Positions 37,755 through 50,632 of a stretch of DNA of 64,000 nucleotides are shown here, one piece after another (the stretch's first letter is position 1; each line of letters starts with the position of its first letter). Where the stretch lies: NCBI GenBank assembly GCA_951406725.2, contig OX597817.1, forward strand, positions 98,022,001-98,086,000, read 5' to 3'. This DNA comes from Octopus vulgaris (taxonomy: Eukaryota). The notes under the pieces were generated by a model. That model worked only from the letters and a program-made list of their open reading frames with translations, was not told where the DNA came from and did not search any database. A program made the translations under genes and the position numbers.

Positions 37755-38810
37755 AAACTAAATAAATTAAATTAATTAGTCCATTATTACTTACGTAAAT
37801 ATTAAATATTAATGTAATATATTTATGAAATATATTAAAAAATTAAAGATGAAAAAGCAAATTATAAACCTATCTTAAAAGAACCGTATAACTATTTAAT
37901 GTTCTATATATTTCGTTGGCTAAATAATAACTTACAAATAACGTATAGTTATAATCTAATAATGAAATACATATCTTCAACAACTAAATAATTAAACAAT
38001 CAAATTAACAATCAGTAGTTATATAGTATCCAATATAATATAATATAACATAAATTATTAAAATAACTTTAATAAAAAGGTTTACTTAGCTTTCAAAAGT
38101 CGTGTCATTAACTAAATTTATAATAAACAGTTGGAAAATTCTTTTAACAATGAAAACTACGAATATATTTTATCAATGAAAATTACTAATAAATATTATC
38201 AATGGAAAATGGCTATATTTACGCTATAATAGAACAAAGCCACTATTATATATGAATATATAACATGGCTTAAAAAAACATAATAAACTTACGAATATCC
38301 TTAACTCAGTTATAGTCCAAAATTTAATTACCAAATTATTTAACTAAATAATCATTATTCATATTTTAGATTTAAGTACACATGTAATAATTATAAAATA
38401 TTTTTTTTTAAATAACTAAATCATTATCAACAAATATAGTGATTAAAATCTAAAATTTACACTATCAATAAATGTATAGACACACAAACAAAAATAAATA
38501 AATTAATTAATCCAATACTACTTACATAAATATTAATATAATATATTTATGAGATACATTAAAAAATCAAAGATTAAAATAAAATTACAAACCAGTAACC
38601 TAACTCTAAAAACCGTATAACTATTAACAATCTTTGGCTAAGTAATATCTTACAATAACGTACAATATCTTACAATATCTTCAACAACTAAATCATTATA
38701 ATAACAATCAGTATTTATATAGTATACAAAATAATAGAATAAGACTTATTAAAATACTTTAAAATCTTAAATAGAAATAGATTACTTAGCTTTCAAAGGC
38801 CGTGTCATTA
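37755..38810. repeat. Diverged direct duplication in an extremely AT-rich block (about 37755-38110 and 38490-38810)
   Basis: Shared ordered blocks TACTTAC.TAAATATTAA, AACCGTATAACTATT, ATATCTTCAACAACTAAAT and TTACTTAGCTTTCAAA.G.CGTGTCATTA. Confidence 0.75.
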
Positions 38811-39158
38811 TAATTCAAATTTTTAATTGAATTTAAATTAATTGTAATTCGAATTGAATTATGGCCATGAAACGTACATAGTGGTTTTACTTATTATATT
38901 ATATTAAACTTTTTAATAGTTTTTGATAGTGTAAAAAAAAAAATTAATTAATTAATTAATTAAAAAATTAAAAGTTTAAAAATTTATAAATCTAAAAATC
39001 TAAAAATTTGTAAATATAAATTTAATATTTTAAATTTAAATAATTTAAATTTTAAATTTTATATATTTTGTATATTATATTAATTATATTTATATTTATT
39101 TTTTGGTTTATGTCTTCCACTGTTTGATTTGCCTAATAGTGGTTTTATCTCTAATTTA

Positions 39159-39191
<33 letters not shown>

Positions 39192-39193
39192 CA

Positions 39194-39325
39194 CTCTCCT
39201 ACCCTGATGTAATCTCCAGGGATACAGGCATCCAGCAACAGGACCTCCGTAATGCTATGATGGACCGTGAAGTCTGGCGCAACATGGTAAATTCCATTGT
39301 CTCGACCACGGTCGAACAATGATGA

Positions 39326-39327
<2 letters not shown>
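39194..39327 (+). mobile_element. 3' tip of another LINE family with (TGA)n tail
   Basis: Reads LSYPDVISRDTG..QDLRNAMMDREVWRNMV..*, followed by TGATGATGA. Confidence 0.6.
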
Positions 39328-39360
<33 letters not shown>

Positions 39361-39363
<3 letters not shown>

Positions 39364-42243
39364 TCATCATCATTGTTTAGCATCCGCTTTCCATGCTAGC
39401 ATGGGTTGGACGGTTCGACTGGGGTCTGGGAAGCTAGAATGCTGCACCAGGCCCAGTTTGATCTGGCAATGTTTCTACGGCTGGATGCCCTTCCTAACGC
39501 CAACCACTCCATGAGTGTAGTGGGTGCTTTTTACATGCCACTGGCACAGGTGCCAGAGGAGTCTGGCAAACGGCCACAATCGGATGGTGCTTTTTATGTG
39601 CCACCGGCACGGGGGCCAGGTGAGGCTGGCAACGGCCACAAACGGATGGTGCTTTTTACGTGCCACCGGCACGAGGCCAGTTGGGGTGGCGCTGGCAACG
39701 GCCATGTTCGGATGGTTCTCTTACATGCCACCGGCACTGGTAACTCAGCTGCAATTTCCATTGATCGATTTTGATTCTGATTCTCACTTGCCTCAAGAAG
39801 GAAGGTATGCATAAGTGGGCTGGCTACATCCCATGTAGAAGGCCACGGGTTATGGTTTCACTTGTCCTGCCGGGTCTTCTCACGCACAGCATATTTCCAG
39901 AGGTCTCGGTCTCTAGTCATTTCCTCAGTGAGACCTAAAGTTCGAAGGTCATGCTTCACCACCTCGTCCCAGGTTTTCCTGGGTCTGCCTCTTCCACAGG
40001 TTCCCTCAACCGCTAGGGTGTGGCACTTTTTCACACAACAATCTTCATCCATTCTCGCCACATGCCCATACCAGTGCAACGTCTCTCTTGCACACCACAA
40101 CTGATGCTTCTTAGGTCCAACTTTTCTCTCAAGGTACTTACACTCTGTTGAGTATGAACACTAACATTACACTACACATCCATCGGAGCATACTGGCTTC
40201 ATTTCTTGAGAACTTACGCATATCCTCAGCAGTCACGGCCCATGTTTCACTGCCATGTAGCATGGATGTTTGTACACACGCGTCATACAGTCTGCCTTTT
40301 ACTCTGAGCGAGAGGCTTTTTGTCACCAGCAGAGGTAAGAGCTCTCTGAACTTTGCCCAAGCTATTCTTACTTTAGCAGTTACACTTTCAGCACACCTGC
40401 CCCCACTGCTGACTTGGTCACCTAGGTAACGGAAGCTATCAACTATTTCTAATTTTTCTCCCTGGAAAGTAACAGAAGTTGGTCTCAGAGCATTTTCAGT
40501 GTTTATTGTTCCTGAGCATCTGCCACATACAAAAAACCATCTTCCTAGTTAGCCTTCCTTTGACATTGCTGCACCTCTTATGTGTCCATAGCTTACACTT
40601 GGTGCATCTTATAGAGTTTCTACCTACACCTTTTCTACAGATCGAGCAGGGCCATCTACCTGAAGGTGTTTGTGATTTGTCTACCTTCCTACTTATTAGG
40701 ACTTTGGTTTTAGCTAGATTGACTCTAAGGCCCTTCGATTCTAATCCTTGCTTCCACACTTGAAACTTCTCCTCCATTTCTGATAGTGACTCAGCAATTA
40801 GGTCATCAGCATAGAGGGAGCTCCCAAGGGCATCCTGTCTTGAATTCCTCTGTTATTGCCTGGAGGACTATGCTAAATAGGAGGGGTCTGAGGACTGAGC
40901 CTTGGTGGACTCCTACCTCTACCCGGAATTCTTCACTGTACTCGTTGCCAACCCTCACCTTACTATCAGTGTCCCTGTACATGGCTCGCACAGCTCTCAC
41001 TAACCATTCATCCTAGTTTCCTCATTGACCACCAGATAAGGGATCGGGGGACCCTATCAAAGGCTTTCTCCATGTCAACAAAAGCCAGGTACAGGGGCTT
41101 ATCTTTGGCTAGGTATTTCTCCTGCAGCTGCCTTACCAGGAATATAGCATCAGTGGTACTTTTCCCTGGCACAAACCCAAACTGCATCTCATCTAAACTA
41201 ACTCTCTCTCTAATTAGTTGGGCTATGACCCTCTCCGTAACCTTCATCACCTGATCCAACAGCTTGATACCTCTGTAATTATTTGTATCTAGGGCGCCAC
41301 CTTTACCTTTGTAGCAGTTGACTATTATGCTGCTACACCAGTCATTTGGTATGACTCCTTCGTGTATCACCTGATTAACTATACGGGTGACTAGGCTATA
41401 GCCGACACTACCAGATATTTTGAGCAGTGATTCCTGCTGGGCCTGGGGCTTTCCCTGTCTTCATGCTTCTTATTGCCTTAACTACCAAGGAACTGTCAAC
41501 TCGGATAGCTGGTCCCTCTGTTGGGTCAACATTCGGCAGACTCTCTTTATCCCATTCATTTTCTTTATTCAGCAACCTTTCATAGTGGCGTCTCCAAACC
41601 TCTCTCTTTGCATCCTCATTTAGCACAAGTGACCCATCTTCCCAGCGAACACACTTCTCTCCTACCACATCACAATTCTCTCTCACACACTGTCTTGCAA
41701 CGCGAAACACCTCCAGTCTTTGGTCCTCACGGCGCAGAACATTGGCAAATTTTTTCTTATCTGCTTCCCCTCTGGCTGGATAGACCTGTCTCCTAGCTTC
41801 CCTTTTGGCAGTCTGATACAATTCCCTGCTACCACCATTCTTCCAGTCCTTCCAAGTCTGTCTCTTTTCTCTAATAGCCCTGTCTACAACACTGTTCCAC
41901 CACCACGTTTCCTTGGGACGAGAGGGGACTTTGCACCAGCCACAGATCTGGTCAGTGGCTCTCAGCAGGTTGTCCCTTAGAAACGTCCAGTTGCCTTCTA
42001 CCCCATGTGATACTCTATCCCCTTCTACTTCGTCAAAGGCTTCATGTAGCATGTCCCTAAATCTCTGTCCATTCGCAGGATCTTTAAGCTTCCAGATCCT
42101 TCTTCTCCATGTTGGTCGTCTTCTGGTTGTCCTCCTAGTCCTGATCCTAAAGTCACTAACTACCAGTCTATGTTGTGGGGTACATTCTTCGCCTGGGAAG
42201 GTTTTGGCATTTATAAGCAGCCATCTCTCCCTTTGCCTGGCAA
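39361..42243 (-). mobile_element. RTE LINE (about 2.9 kb), 5' end cut next to a Helitron
   Basis: ORFs 41408-42052, 41008-41370 (NYRGIKLL, DMEKAFD), 40496-40777 (Cys/His finger) and 39858-40100. (GAT)n tail. Confidence 0.93.
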
Positions 42244-42256
42244 ATATATATATATA

Positions 42257-44015
42257 CTAGCATTATGACCCGTCGTTGCTGGGTCATAGTGCTAGTGCAT
42301 GTATATATGTCTATATATATATGTGTACATATTACATGTACATCTATATATACACATCTACACATAAAATACAAAATACAAAGTTATATCTTGATATCGC
42401 TAGTAATAACAATACTCAAAATATATAACAGACTGGAATTGTAGGCCCGGCTCTTGCAATTTCAATCAATTGTATCTTGTCCTCTCTCTTGTATAGAAGC
42501 GTGGCTACAATTCAGCCTACCTCTACTTCTGGGGGGACATTTTAAATTTTTATCTGGGACGTAGGACGTCCCAGATATAAAGGTAAAAATAAAATATTTC
42601 CACTTTGCAAGGTTCGAGTTGAGTACTCCCTTGCACGCTCCGTTGACTTGAACCTTGCTTCTATTGTGGCGAATTTACTGCCTCTGGTTAGATACTTGAT
42701 ATCTTTCATAGTTGCACCAAGACACTTTTCGATGGTGCTTTCCTCCAGGTGTTGAAATCTTTTTTTCTTCTCTACATTGTATACTTTATAGACAATAGTC
42801 TTTTCTTTAATTTAATTTTTTATTTCGTTTGGAGGTGTTATCCTAGATTCACAGTCTTTGTCGGTGATCAATCCGAAATAGGTTTGTATTTCTTCCATTT
42901 TAATTTTAATGAATTCGCGCCTGCTGACGGCTGCAGCGAAATTCATTTTTGGACTTCCTTCTATCAAAGGCATTCTAACAAAAATGCTTCCGTGTAAACG
43001 GTGAAAATATTGTCAATTTCCCCAAACAGAGACACAATTCAATTTTTAAACAATAACCAAAGCTCCTTCTCCCAAAGGGGGAGGGTTACAGTTTACAATT
43101 ATTTAACAAATGCAACACAACAACGTTTCCCTTACGAGGAACCAACAAGCGTGATAACAATAGTTAAACAGTAATAATAATAACAACAAACCTTATGGTG
43201 AATCAAAAAGCAGTATGCAGTTGAAGCTATAGTCCTTTATGTATAAGAAATAAACCAACAGCAGTACTCAGTAGAAGCAGCTGTTCAAGAAAACAGACAT
43301 TACATACAGCCAAACTTCATATAAATACTTAATACTAGCTAATTAGCAGATAATCTAATGTAAAAGCCGTGGTAAATGGTATGTGCACAGCTCCATCTGG
43401 ACGATTCCATTTCTGCACGCTAATTTTATTTTTAATTTATTCCCATTCATGTGAAACCACTTATACAAGTTGAAGACATTGATTCAATTTTATACCAATT
43501 GCTATTTTTACTTTTAATTGTTATGTTACGATTTAATTATTATATTATACTTTAGTTTGATTTTAATTATTACTTACTACATATAATTCAATTGTTATTA
43601 TTATCTTTAATTTTTATTGTTAAAGTGAAAGTATCTGACATAAAATAGACAAATGTTTTTGTTTCACTTTTAACACGTAATACTGAAATAGTGGAGAAGA
43701 TATGATATTGCTATGGGCTCGCCCTAGGCAAGAAGTTGAACATTTTTTTTGCCCATGAAACTACATGGCATGTGTAAAATTTGAATGGAATTGGTTGTGT
43801 AGTTCTCAAGTTTTAGGGAATCGTAGTGAAGATATGATATTGCTATGGGCTCGCTCTAGGCAAGAAGTTGAACATTTTTTTGCCGATGACACTCCCCGGA
43901 CCCTAAGTAAGGCATGTGTAAAATTTGAATGAAATTGGTTGTATGGTTCTCAAGTTTTAGGGAAACACACAGACAGACACACACACACACATTCTCAGCT
44001 TTATATATAGAGAGA
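42257..44015 (-). mobile_element. Non-autonomous Helitron
   Basis: Minus strand begins A|TCTCTCTATATATAAAG with (TG)/(TCTG) repeats and ends in a GC-rich hairpin GACCC..GGGTC then CTAG|T. No TSD. Internal ~135-bp tandem duplication at about 43690-43965. Confidence 0.75.
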
Positions 44016-44285
44016 TGTGTGCATGCATGCTCATCTGTATGTATATGTGAAACTGATAAACTAAATACAATTTAGGATAAAAATTTTGCCATTTTATTTT
44101 GATTGAAATATCATTAACTTCAGAACAAAACTTTTTACAACAGTTCTTTTAGCATCTCTAACTAGCACTCACACCCACTCCATTTGTTAGTGACATTAAG
44201 GGACTGATTATTACAATAGCTCCTTTGGAAAGGTTATAATAGTATTACAGAAACTATCAGCAAGAGATGGAAGACAGTAACTCAC

Positions 44286-44401
44286 TCAAGTGTTGTATTA
44301 ATTCATGTTTTTCTTCAAAGATCTTTTGAAAGGAGTTCCTGAAGGTAGTTAATTTAAGTTGAAAATATTCACAGTTCTTACAAGTTCCATTGAGTTTTAA
44401 G
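44286..44401 (-). CDS. RBBP8: Host gene exon (116 nt, phase 2 to 1): (Y)LKLNGTCKNCEYFQLKLTTFRNSFQKIFEEKHELIQHL
   Basis: Acceptor tgtttgatattcatttag and donor TGA|GTGAGT. Open frame. The CxxC is followed by F..I......LI..L, as in CtIP (CDRC...EFENIRQQNLKLITEL). Confidence 0.7.
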
Positions 44402-44859
44402 CTAAATGAATATCAAACACAAAGTATTTACATTAAAATATCTTGTTTAAAATTTAATTTTAGGTGTTAGTGCAATATACAGAGGATGACAGGTTTCAGA
44501 GTAACAGCTTACATCAGCAGAAGAGACCATATAAGAAATAATATAACAAACAGATTGCCTTCCTAAAATAATTAGCTCTGATTTCTGTGCTTTTAGTTTA
44601 AAATTCAACATCACACAGCAATTACTCCATACCATATAAAAAGGGAGGCCAGAACATTTTCTCCTTTTAGTAGACCGCAATAGTTTTTAATCCTTATGGA
44701 ACTCCAAAAATATCAAAACTACAACAGCCTAAAAGATAGTAGCAATTTATAGTTACCATCCATTTTGTTATACAGTCAAAAGCCTGCCCCAGTCAAGCAG
44801 ACATTCCAACTGTGACCATCCCAAATTTTTCAATATTAGATAGGATACATTTTACTATT

Positions 44860-46040
44860 CATCATCATAATTCTCAACCATTAATCCACTGCAATTTCAA
44901 TTTCAATTAGTCCTATTCCATACTGTGTTCATCCATGGAATTCCCATATACTCATCAATTTCATCTTTCCATTTATATTCTCTCATCCCAAACTATGTGA
45001 ACTTCTATCCCTTTAATACACAGTTTGTCCATCTGCTTTCATTTGTGAGAGCCACATGCTCTGCCCATCTCCATTTTCTCTTCTTATATAATTCGATGTA
45101 GTTTCCTTTTCTTTCCATATTTTTGGTCATTGCTCATGTCTCTGCTCCATAAATTACTGGTATGATACACTGGTTAAATATTCTGTGCTTCAAGCAGAGG
45201 GACACCTTGCAACTTGGATTTGTATTTTTGCTTTCTTTAAATGACTGTATTCCACTTTTACAAGCAGTCCAAGATGTATATGTCAGTTTTTATTATGATA
45301 TCAAAGTGAACTTTGATGACAAACTTGTTGCATGGCTGTTGAATATTTGTGTTTTTTCTTAATTCTTTTTAATCTGACCCTGTTATTTTCACTGTTCAGT
45401 TCATGTCTATTATTTCAGAAGAGGATTAAACTGACAGCAAAGCATAACTGATTTTTAAAAATATCTGATGTGCATTTTTCTCAGAAAGCATAGGTTAGAT
45501 GGAAAATAACTTGCAGCAGTATTTTACAGCCCAATGACTTAGCTGTAACCAATCCATATTAAGTGATCAGCACTTCTTTAAGCAGATATCCTCAGTCATA
45601 CAAATCACATGCCTATACTAGCATAGTGTTCTTTCTTACACAATACATCAGATTCCTCTTGTGCTCAGTTTTTCTCTTAATGCATCTATACTTTGTCATT
45701 CAAGCAGACTTTCTTTGCACATGCAACAGAGCATGCTATCTTAAGTTTTCTCAAGTTCACTGCATTTAAGGCCAATGTCTTACTACCATGCAGCAATGTG
45801 TCCTAATACAAGCATCAATACAACCTATCCTTCACACCGAGAGAAAAGACCTTTGTTGCCAGCAGTGGTAACAATGCCTTGAACTTTTTCCACTTGTTCT
45901 TACTATGGTTGCTTTACTTTCAGAGCAACCACCTCTCCTACTAATTACATTTCCTAGGTAATAAAAGCTCTTGAATACTTGTGGTGAGCCATTCAGCATT
46001 TAAAACAGTTTATTTCTGATGTGATTATAGTAGATACTTC
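44860..46040 (-). mobile_element. Ancient LINE relics (C-terminal KWRWA.HVA...RWT remnant and an old RTE piece)
   Basis: Minus strand near 45020-45090 reads KRKWRWAEHVALTNESRWTNCV. 45560-45960 resembles the RTE thumb region. Confidence 0.5.
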
Positions 46041-46373
46041 TCCAGTTTACTTACTTTCTGTTAGTCTGCCTGCGATTATTTTTCTTTCTTTTCTCTTCTT
46101 TCCCTGAACATGCACATTCCATTTTGCATCTCTTGTTGATTTTGTTTTACATATTTTCTTTTCCCTCCCTTCCATTAATATACTTATCACTCTAACACAA
46201 ACACACACACCTTCACATTCCTCTCGCCACATGCCTCACTAATTTTTTATCTCTCACAGAACAAAATAAATTTATTTTGTACTAGTATCATATTGTAATT
46301 ATTCTTTCTCCAATTTTTCAATCATTCTGCTCTAACCTTTTTCCCACTTTTTTCTCTTACACTTCTTCAGCGA

Positions 46374-46633
46374 TGATAAGTGAGTGATGGAATGGCTTGC
46401 AGTTTGCCACTACATTAACAGCACTACAATCTTCACTGAGCCTAAGTCACAATATCATATTACTCAGAACTTCTATTGCACATCATCTACCCTTATATAT
46501 TGTAGTGCCCTTTATATTGGGGAAACAGGCTGACCCCTTGCTGATTGCTTTTGGAAGCACACTACTATGTATTCCAGGCCAACCTGTTGACACTCAGTTC
46601 AACGTGACAGGCCATTCCATCACTCACTTATCA
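46374..46633. repeat. 23-bp perfect inverted repeat enclosing ~214 bp
   Basis: TGATAAGTGAGTGATGGAATGGC (46374-46396) and GCCATTCCATCACTCACTTATCA (46611-46633). Confidence 0.75.
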
Positions 46634-47104
46634 GGAAACAGAGGTTATAACATTTAATATTCAAATTTGGAACTATATCACTGACAGGCTTAAATGGATG
46701 ATTTTCCTTCTACTCCTACACTTCCTCTTAGGTCATTAAACCCTTTATCCTTCAATTCCTTTCTCACCTCATCTTTTCCCTTCACCTCACACATGACTTG
46801 CCTGTTTCTCCTCCTCATTCCATTCCTCTTTCCTATCACTCACTCTATTTATCTCTGCAATCACTTTGTGTACACATATGAAGCTGTCATGGTCCTGCAT
46901 TCCTTTTAAGTTAGAGGATGTAAAACTCTGCTGTCTTTCATTAATTTCTCTTCTTTCAGCTTTTCCTTGAAGAAGGATTCTGTTCAAAACACTGGATTTT
47001 TCATTCCCCACAGCAAGATCAGAGTACTCTTTCAATTGATTTTACCATTATACACACACACACACACACAAACACGTGTGTGTATAAAATATTTTATAAT
47101 TATA

Positions 47105-47720
47105 TACATAATTATAACAAGGGGTCAGCTTTATGCCTCACCATGCACTGTAAGAAATAGACGCTAAAGTCTTTTTTACTACCTTAAAACCTCCAAGAAT
47201 AACACACATTGTTGTAGGCAAACAAAAGAAAACTAATGAATCAATAAGGCTGATTAACTATGGATGCGTTTTCAACTTAAAGTAAAATTATTATTGATTT
47301 TACCCTTTATTATTAAAATAATATTTGAATAAATTCACTCCATGATCGAAACTGCATTTACTAGTCTAGATCTTAACACACACATAGGTATAAAAGAAAG
47401 ATATGGATTATATTCAGCAGTATATTTTTATGAGTGGGGATAGATATTGAACATATGATGATGCTGATTGCTTGCATATTTTGAAATACCTGTGAACCTA
47501 TACTATGCTGAAGAGTGACAGTAAGTAAAATTATCTTTTACTTTAAGTTCGTAACACGTCCATAGTTAATAAGCCTTATTAATTCATTTTTTTTCTTTTG
47601 CTTGCCTACAACAAAGTGTGTTATTCTTGGAGATTTTAAGGTAGTAAAAAAGACTTTAGTGTCTATTTCTTACGGTGCATGGTGAGGCATAAAGCCAACT
47701 CCTTTTTATAATTATATATA
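47105..47720. repeat. ~180-bp inverted repeat (PLE pLTR-like) with a hammerhead motif
   Basis: Arms at about 47105-47287 and 47536-47720 are reverse complements. Confidence 0.8.
47502..47566 (+). ncRNA. Type I hammerhead ribozyme-like motif (GAAA mutated to GTAA)
   Basis: ACTATG-CTGAAGA-[AAGTAAAA/TTTTACTT stem]-GTAA-CAC-GTC-CATAGT, with a perfect 6-bp stem I. Confidence 0.65.
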
Positions 47721-47842
47721 TAATTAAAAGATACTTTGTAAAATTTACCTATAAGGTTTTATTTCCACACTGGCTACCTGGTAAATTATTATTGATTTTA
47801 CCTTTTATTATTAAAATAATATTTGAATATATATATATATAT

Positions 47843-48250
47843 AGGCACAAGAGTGGCTGTGTGGTAAGTAGCTTGTTTACCAACCACATGGTTCTGGGTT
47901 CAGTCCCACTGCGTGGCACCTTGGGCAAGTGTCTTCTACTATAGCCTCAGGTCGACCAAAGCCGTGTGGGTGGATTTAGTAGACGGAAACTGAAAGAAGC
48001 CCGTCGTATATATGTATATATATATATATGCGTACGTGTGTTTGTGTGTCTGTATTTGTCCCCCTAGCATTGCTTGACAACCAATGCTGGTGTGTTTATG
48101 TCCCCGTTACTTAGCGGTTTGGCAAAAGAGACCAATAGAATAAGTACTGGGCTTACAAAAGAATAAGTCCCGGGGTCGAGTTGCTCGATTAAAGGCGGTG
48201 CTCCAGCATGGCCGCAGTCAAATGACTGAAACAAGTAAAAGAGTAAAATA
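47843..48250 (+). mobile_element. tRNA-derived SINE, copy 2
   Basis: Homologous to 20667-21100 and 61591-61996. Confidence 0.9.
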
Positions 48251-48251
48251 G

Positions 48252-48286
<35 letters not shown>

Positions 48287-48581
48287 TTAGGGAGAGTTTA
48301 CGAAAAAAACAAAAGACAAAGACAGGTGGTGTACAAAACAAACAGAAGTATTAGTATAATGCTCAGGAATAGAAAAAGTCTTTTACGTTTCGAGCCTACA
48401 CTCTTCTACAGAAAGGGACACAGAATAAAACAAGGAGAGATACAAGGAGAGAAAAAATGTGTGTAGTGGCTAACGATCTATCATAGCATATATATATATA
48501 AGGAAAAATTTGTTATTAAGTGTGACTAAGGGTGCTGAAGCACCTACATTGCTAGAAATAAAAGTTAAAAACTAGTAATGC

Positions 48582-48728
48582 TACATTATTTACATTTGAC
48601 GGATATTTGTCCTGATCTTGTTTGTTGTTAACATGTTTCAGCTGATATACCCTTCGGCCTTCATCAGGTGTCTTGGGGAAATTTCAAACCTGAGTTCTCA
48701 TTCCTAAGGTATTTTTCGATGCTATTAC

Positions 48729-48760
<32 letters not shown>

Positions 48761-49036
48761 TCACTGTCTGGAATTGAACTCGGAATCTTGGATTTAGTAG
48801 CCCCCACTCTTAACCACTATGCCATATGTCTGGGGCATATGGCGTAGTGGTTAAGAGTGTGGGCAATTAACCCCAAGATTCCAAGTTTGATTCCAGGCAG
48901 TGAGTTGAATAATAGTAATAATAATAATAACATCGAAAAATACCTTAGGAATGAGGACCCAGGTTCAAAATTTCTCCCAGGACACCTGATGAAGGCTGGA
49001 TGGTATATCAGCCGAAATGTTGTGTTAACAACAGAC
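48582..49036. mobile_element. Head-to-head pair of tRNA-headed hammerhead SINEs (48582-48829 minus, 48834-49036 plus)
   Basis: Both copies have A/B boxes, an (AAT)n tract, AAATACCTTAGGAATGAG and a CTGATGA...GAAA core. Confidence 0.85.
48981..49026 (+). ncRNA. Minimal type I hammerhead motif inside the SINE
   Basis: GACAC-CTGATGA-A-GGCTG-(10 nt)-CAGCC-GAAA-T-GTT-GTGTT. Confidence 0.65.
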
Positions 49037-49039
49037 AAC

Positions 49040-49071
<32 letters not shown>

Positions 49072-49124
49072 ACGAGAGAGAGGGAGAGAGACCAAAGTGT
49101 ACATACGCCGCTATATATATATAT

Positions 49125-50632
49125 ATATATAATATACAAAATGGGACAAGAATGCAAAACATCCAGACAGCTACGTGATACAAAAAGGGACAACAAAACA
49201 TCCAGATAGATGATACAAAGAAATCAAGGACAGGTCATTTGAAGTTTTCTTTCCTCAGTCAAGCACCAAATTATCCTCGCAATTTTGGCAGACTATTCTT
49301 GAGATTGCTCCAATCTGGCCAGCCCCAAGGAAAAACTAAGCTAAGAGCATTAGATTCCTTGGAAGAAAGCAGCGAATGTATACAAAAACAAGGACAAAAA
49401 AAATGGACAATGTTACACAAATATAAATACAATAAAAATAATAACAGGACATAACAACAGGTGTCTTTTGACTTAGGACGAATTGAATTAAGCTGGCGTA
49501 TGTGGAAATGAAGCCTTATGGCAGAGATACAAGAATTTCACAAACACAGGGAAGTATATCGATGTTGCATGGACAATGGTCAGACCAAGAAAGAAAGAAC
49601 AGGCTAGGCTGACTGGCAGTCATGTGTTAAGAGAAGAGAGAGAAGTAGAAGCAGAGGGACAGAAGAATTAAGGAGGAGCGAGAAAAATGGACAGGGACAC
49701 AGTGAAGTGAAAAGTGGAGGGAAAGTGAGTAAGAAGAGAAGGCAAAGAAATGGGCTGAGAGACAGAAATAGAGTCGTACAAGATTTAGAAAAATGTGTTT
49801 TGTTGTTCCTTTTTGCATCACTTAGCTGCTCCGATGTTTTGCATTCTTGTCCCATTTTGTATTTTATATATATATATATATATATAGCAACGTACGTACA
49901 CTTTGGTCTCTTATATGTAAGTACATATTTTTCTAAATCTTGTATGACCCTTTCACGCTTATTTGTTCATTCCACTCTTCGTTTTTTCGTTCCCCCTCTC
50001 TCACATTTCTTTGCCTTCTCTTCTTACTCACTTTCCCTCCACTTTTCACTTCACTGTGTCCTTGTCCTTTTTTCTCGCTCCTCCTTAATTCTTCTGTCTC
50101 TCTGCTTCTACTTCTCTCTCTTCTCTTAACACATGACTGCCAGTCAGCCTAGCCTGTTCTTTCTTTCTTGGTCTGACCATTGTCCATGCAACATCGATAT
50201 TCTTCCCTGTGTTTGTGAAATTCTTGTATCTCTGCCATAAGGCTTCATTTCCACACGCACCAGCTTAATTCAATTCGTCCTTAGTCAAAAGACTCCTGTT
50301 GTTATGTCCTGTTATTATTTTTATTGTATTTATATTTGTGTAACATTGTCTGTTTTCTCCATCCTTGTTTTTGTATACATTCGCTGATTTCTTCCAATGA
50401 ATCTAATGCTCTTAGCTTAGTTTTTCCTTGGGGCTGGCCAGATTAGAGCAATCTCAAGAATAATCAGCCAAAATTGCAAGGATAATCTGGTGCTTGACTG
50501 AGGAAAGAAAACTTCAAATGACCTGTCCTTGTTTTCTTTGTATCGTCTATCTAGATGTTTTGTCGACCATTTTTGTATCACCTAGGTGTCTGGATGTTTT
50601 GCATTCTTGTCCCATTTTGTATTTTATATATA
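49125..50632. repeat. ~640-bp-arm inverted repeat with ~230-bp spacer
   Basis: 49125-49765 is the near-identical reverse complement of 49995-50632. The spacer holds a further partial copy of the terminus. Confidence 0.92.

Noticed and set aside
44286-44338. Shorter version of the exon using the internal CAG acceptor, which would create TA|G and suggest stop-codon recoding by editing
   Set aside because: The upstream acceptor at 44402-44404 gives TA|C (Tyr), an open frame and the CxxC motif, so no recoding is needed.
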